In this document: in pieces, positions 59,767 to 59,912 of the stretch
How positions within the stretch are numbered: the stretch's first letter is position 1
How the letters are laid out: each line of letters opens with the position of its first letter
Assembly: GCA_945875925.1 (NCBI GenBank)
Contig: CAMCME010000003.1
Coordinates: forward strand, 1 to 59,912
Length of the DNA: 59,912 nucleotides
Direction of reading: 5' to 3'
Source: Rickettsia typhi
Lineage (GTDB): Bacteria; Pseudomonadota; Alphaproteobacteria; Rickettsiales; UBA1997
The notes under the pieces: generated by a model
The model's database searches: none
Told to the model about the DNA's origin: nothing
The model's input: the letters and a program-made list of their open reading frames with translations, nothing else
Made by a program: the position numbers and the translations under genes

Positions 59767-59912
59767 TACCAAACTAAAAATCTATTGATCGCAGTAGCAA
59801 AGTATTTTTGAGGGAAAATTAAAACTTAAAAAAACTTGCTGTATCAATATACCGCTGGTTTTTTTAAGTTTTAATTTTTACCAAAAAGATGAAGCTAATG
59901 CGATCAATAGAT
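59767..59912. mobile_element. TA-type MITE upstream of cas2 (runs off the window)
   Basis: TA|TACCAAACTAAAAATCTATTGATCGCA at the left; the window ends in the complementary TGCGATCAATAGAT; core resembles 37099-37267. Confidence 0.8.

Overview
AT-rich chromosomal segment of an alphaproteobacterium, most likely a deep-branching Rickettsiales-like lineage. The evidence is a stand-alone 16S gene ending GGATTACCTCCTT, a two-piece permuted tmRNA next to sspB, and Rickettsia-style palindromic repeats. Most of the window is housekeeping: gatB, gyrA, dapB-tilS-holA, queE, murE-pyrF-plsY-sspB, dnaQ-lpxA-fabZ, ilvI-ilvH, sucAB, sucCD, recA, hemD-mic60-hemY-like, metK, gltX, pgi, dsbB, three tRNAs and an oxyR-ahpC-ahpD-dps cluster. 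The left edge holds a truncated restriction-modification gene cut by an IS1595 remnant that carries a ParA-family passenger. The right edge holds a type II-C-like CRISPR array (14 repeats plus one decayed repeat) and cas2. The most unusual signals are: (1) a tmRNA tag with a duplicated ANDNF motif in which all five codons differ synonymously; (2) a TA-duplicating MITE family, shown by a reconstructable insertion in yggU, that also lands in palindromes and beside cas2; (3) a stand-alone C-terminal half of carB; (4) a much enlarged GshB-like ATP-grasp protein next to tRNA-Met; (5) palindromic repeats translated as protein C-termini. All calls come from reading the sequence by eye; no database searches were run.
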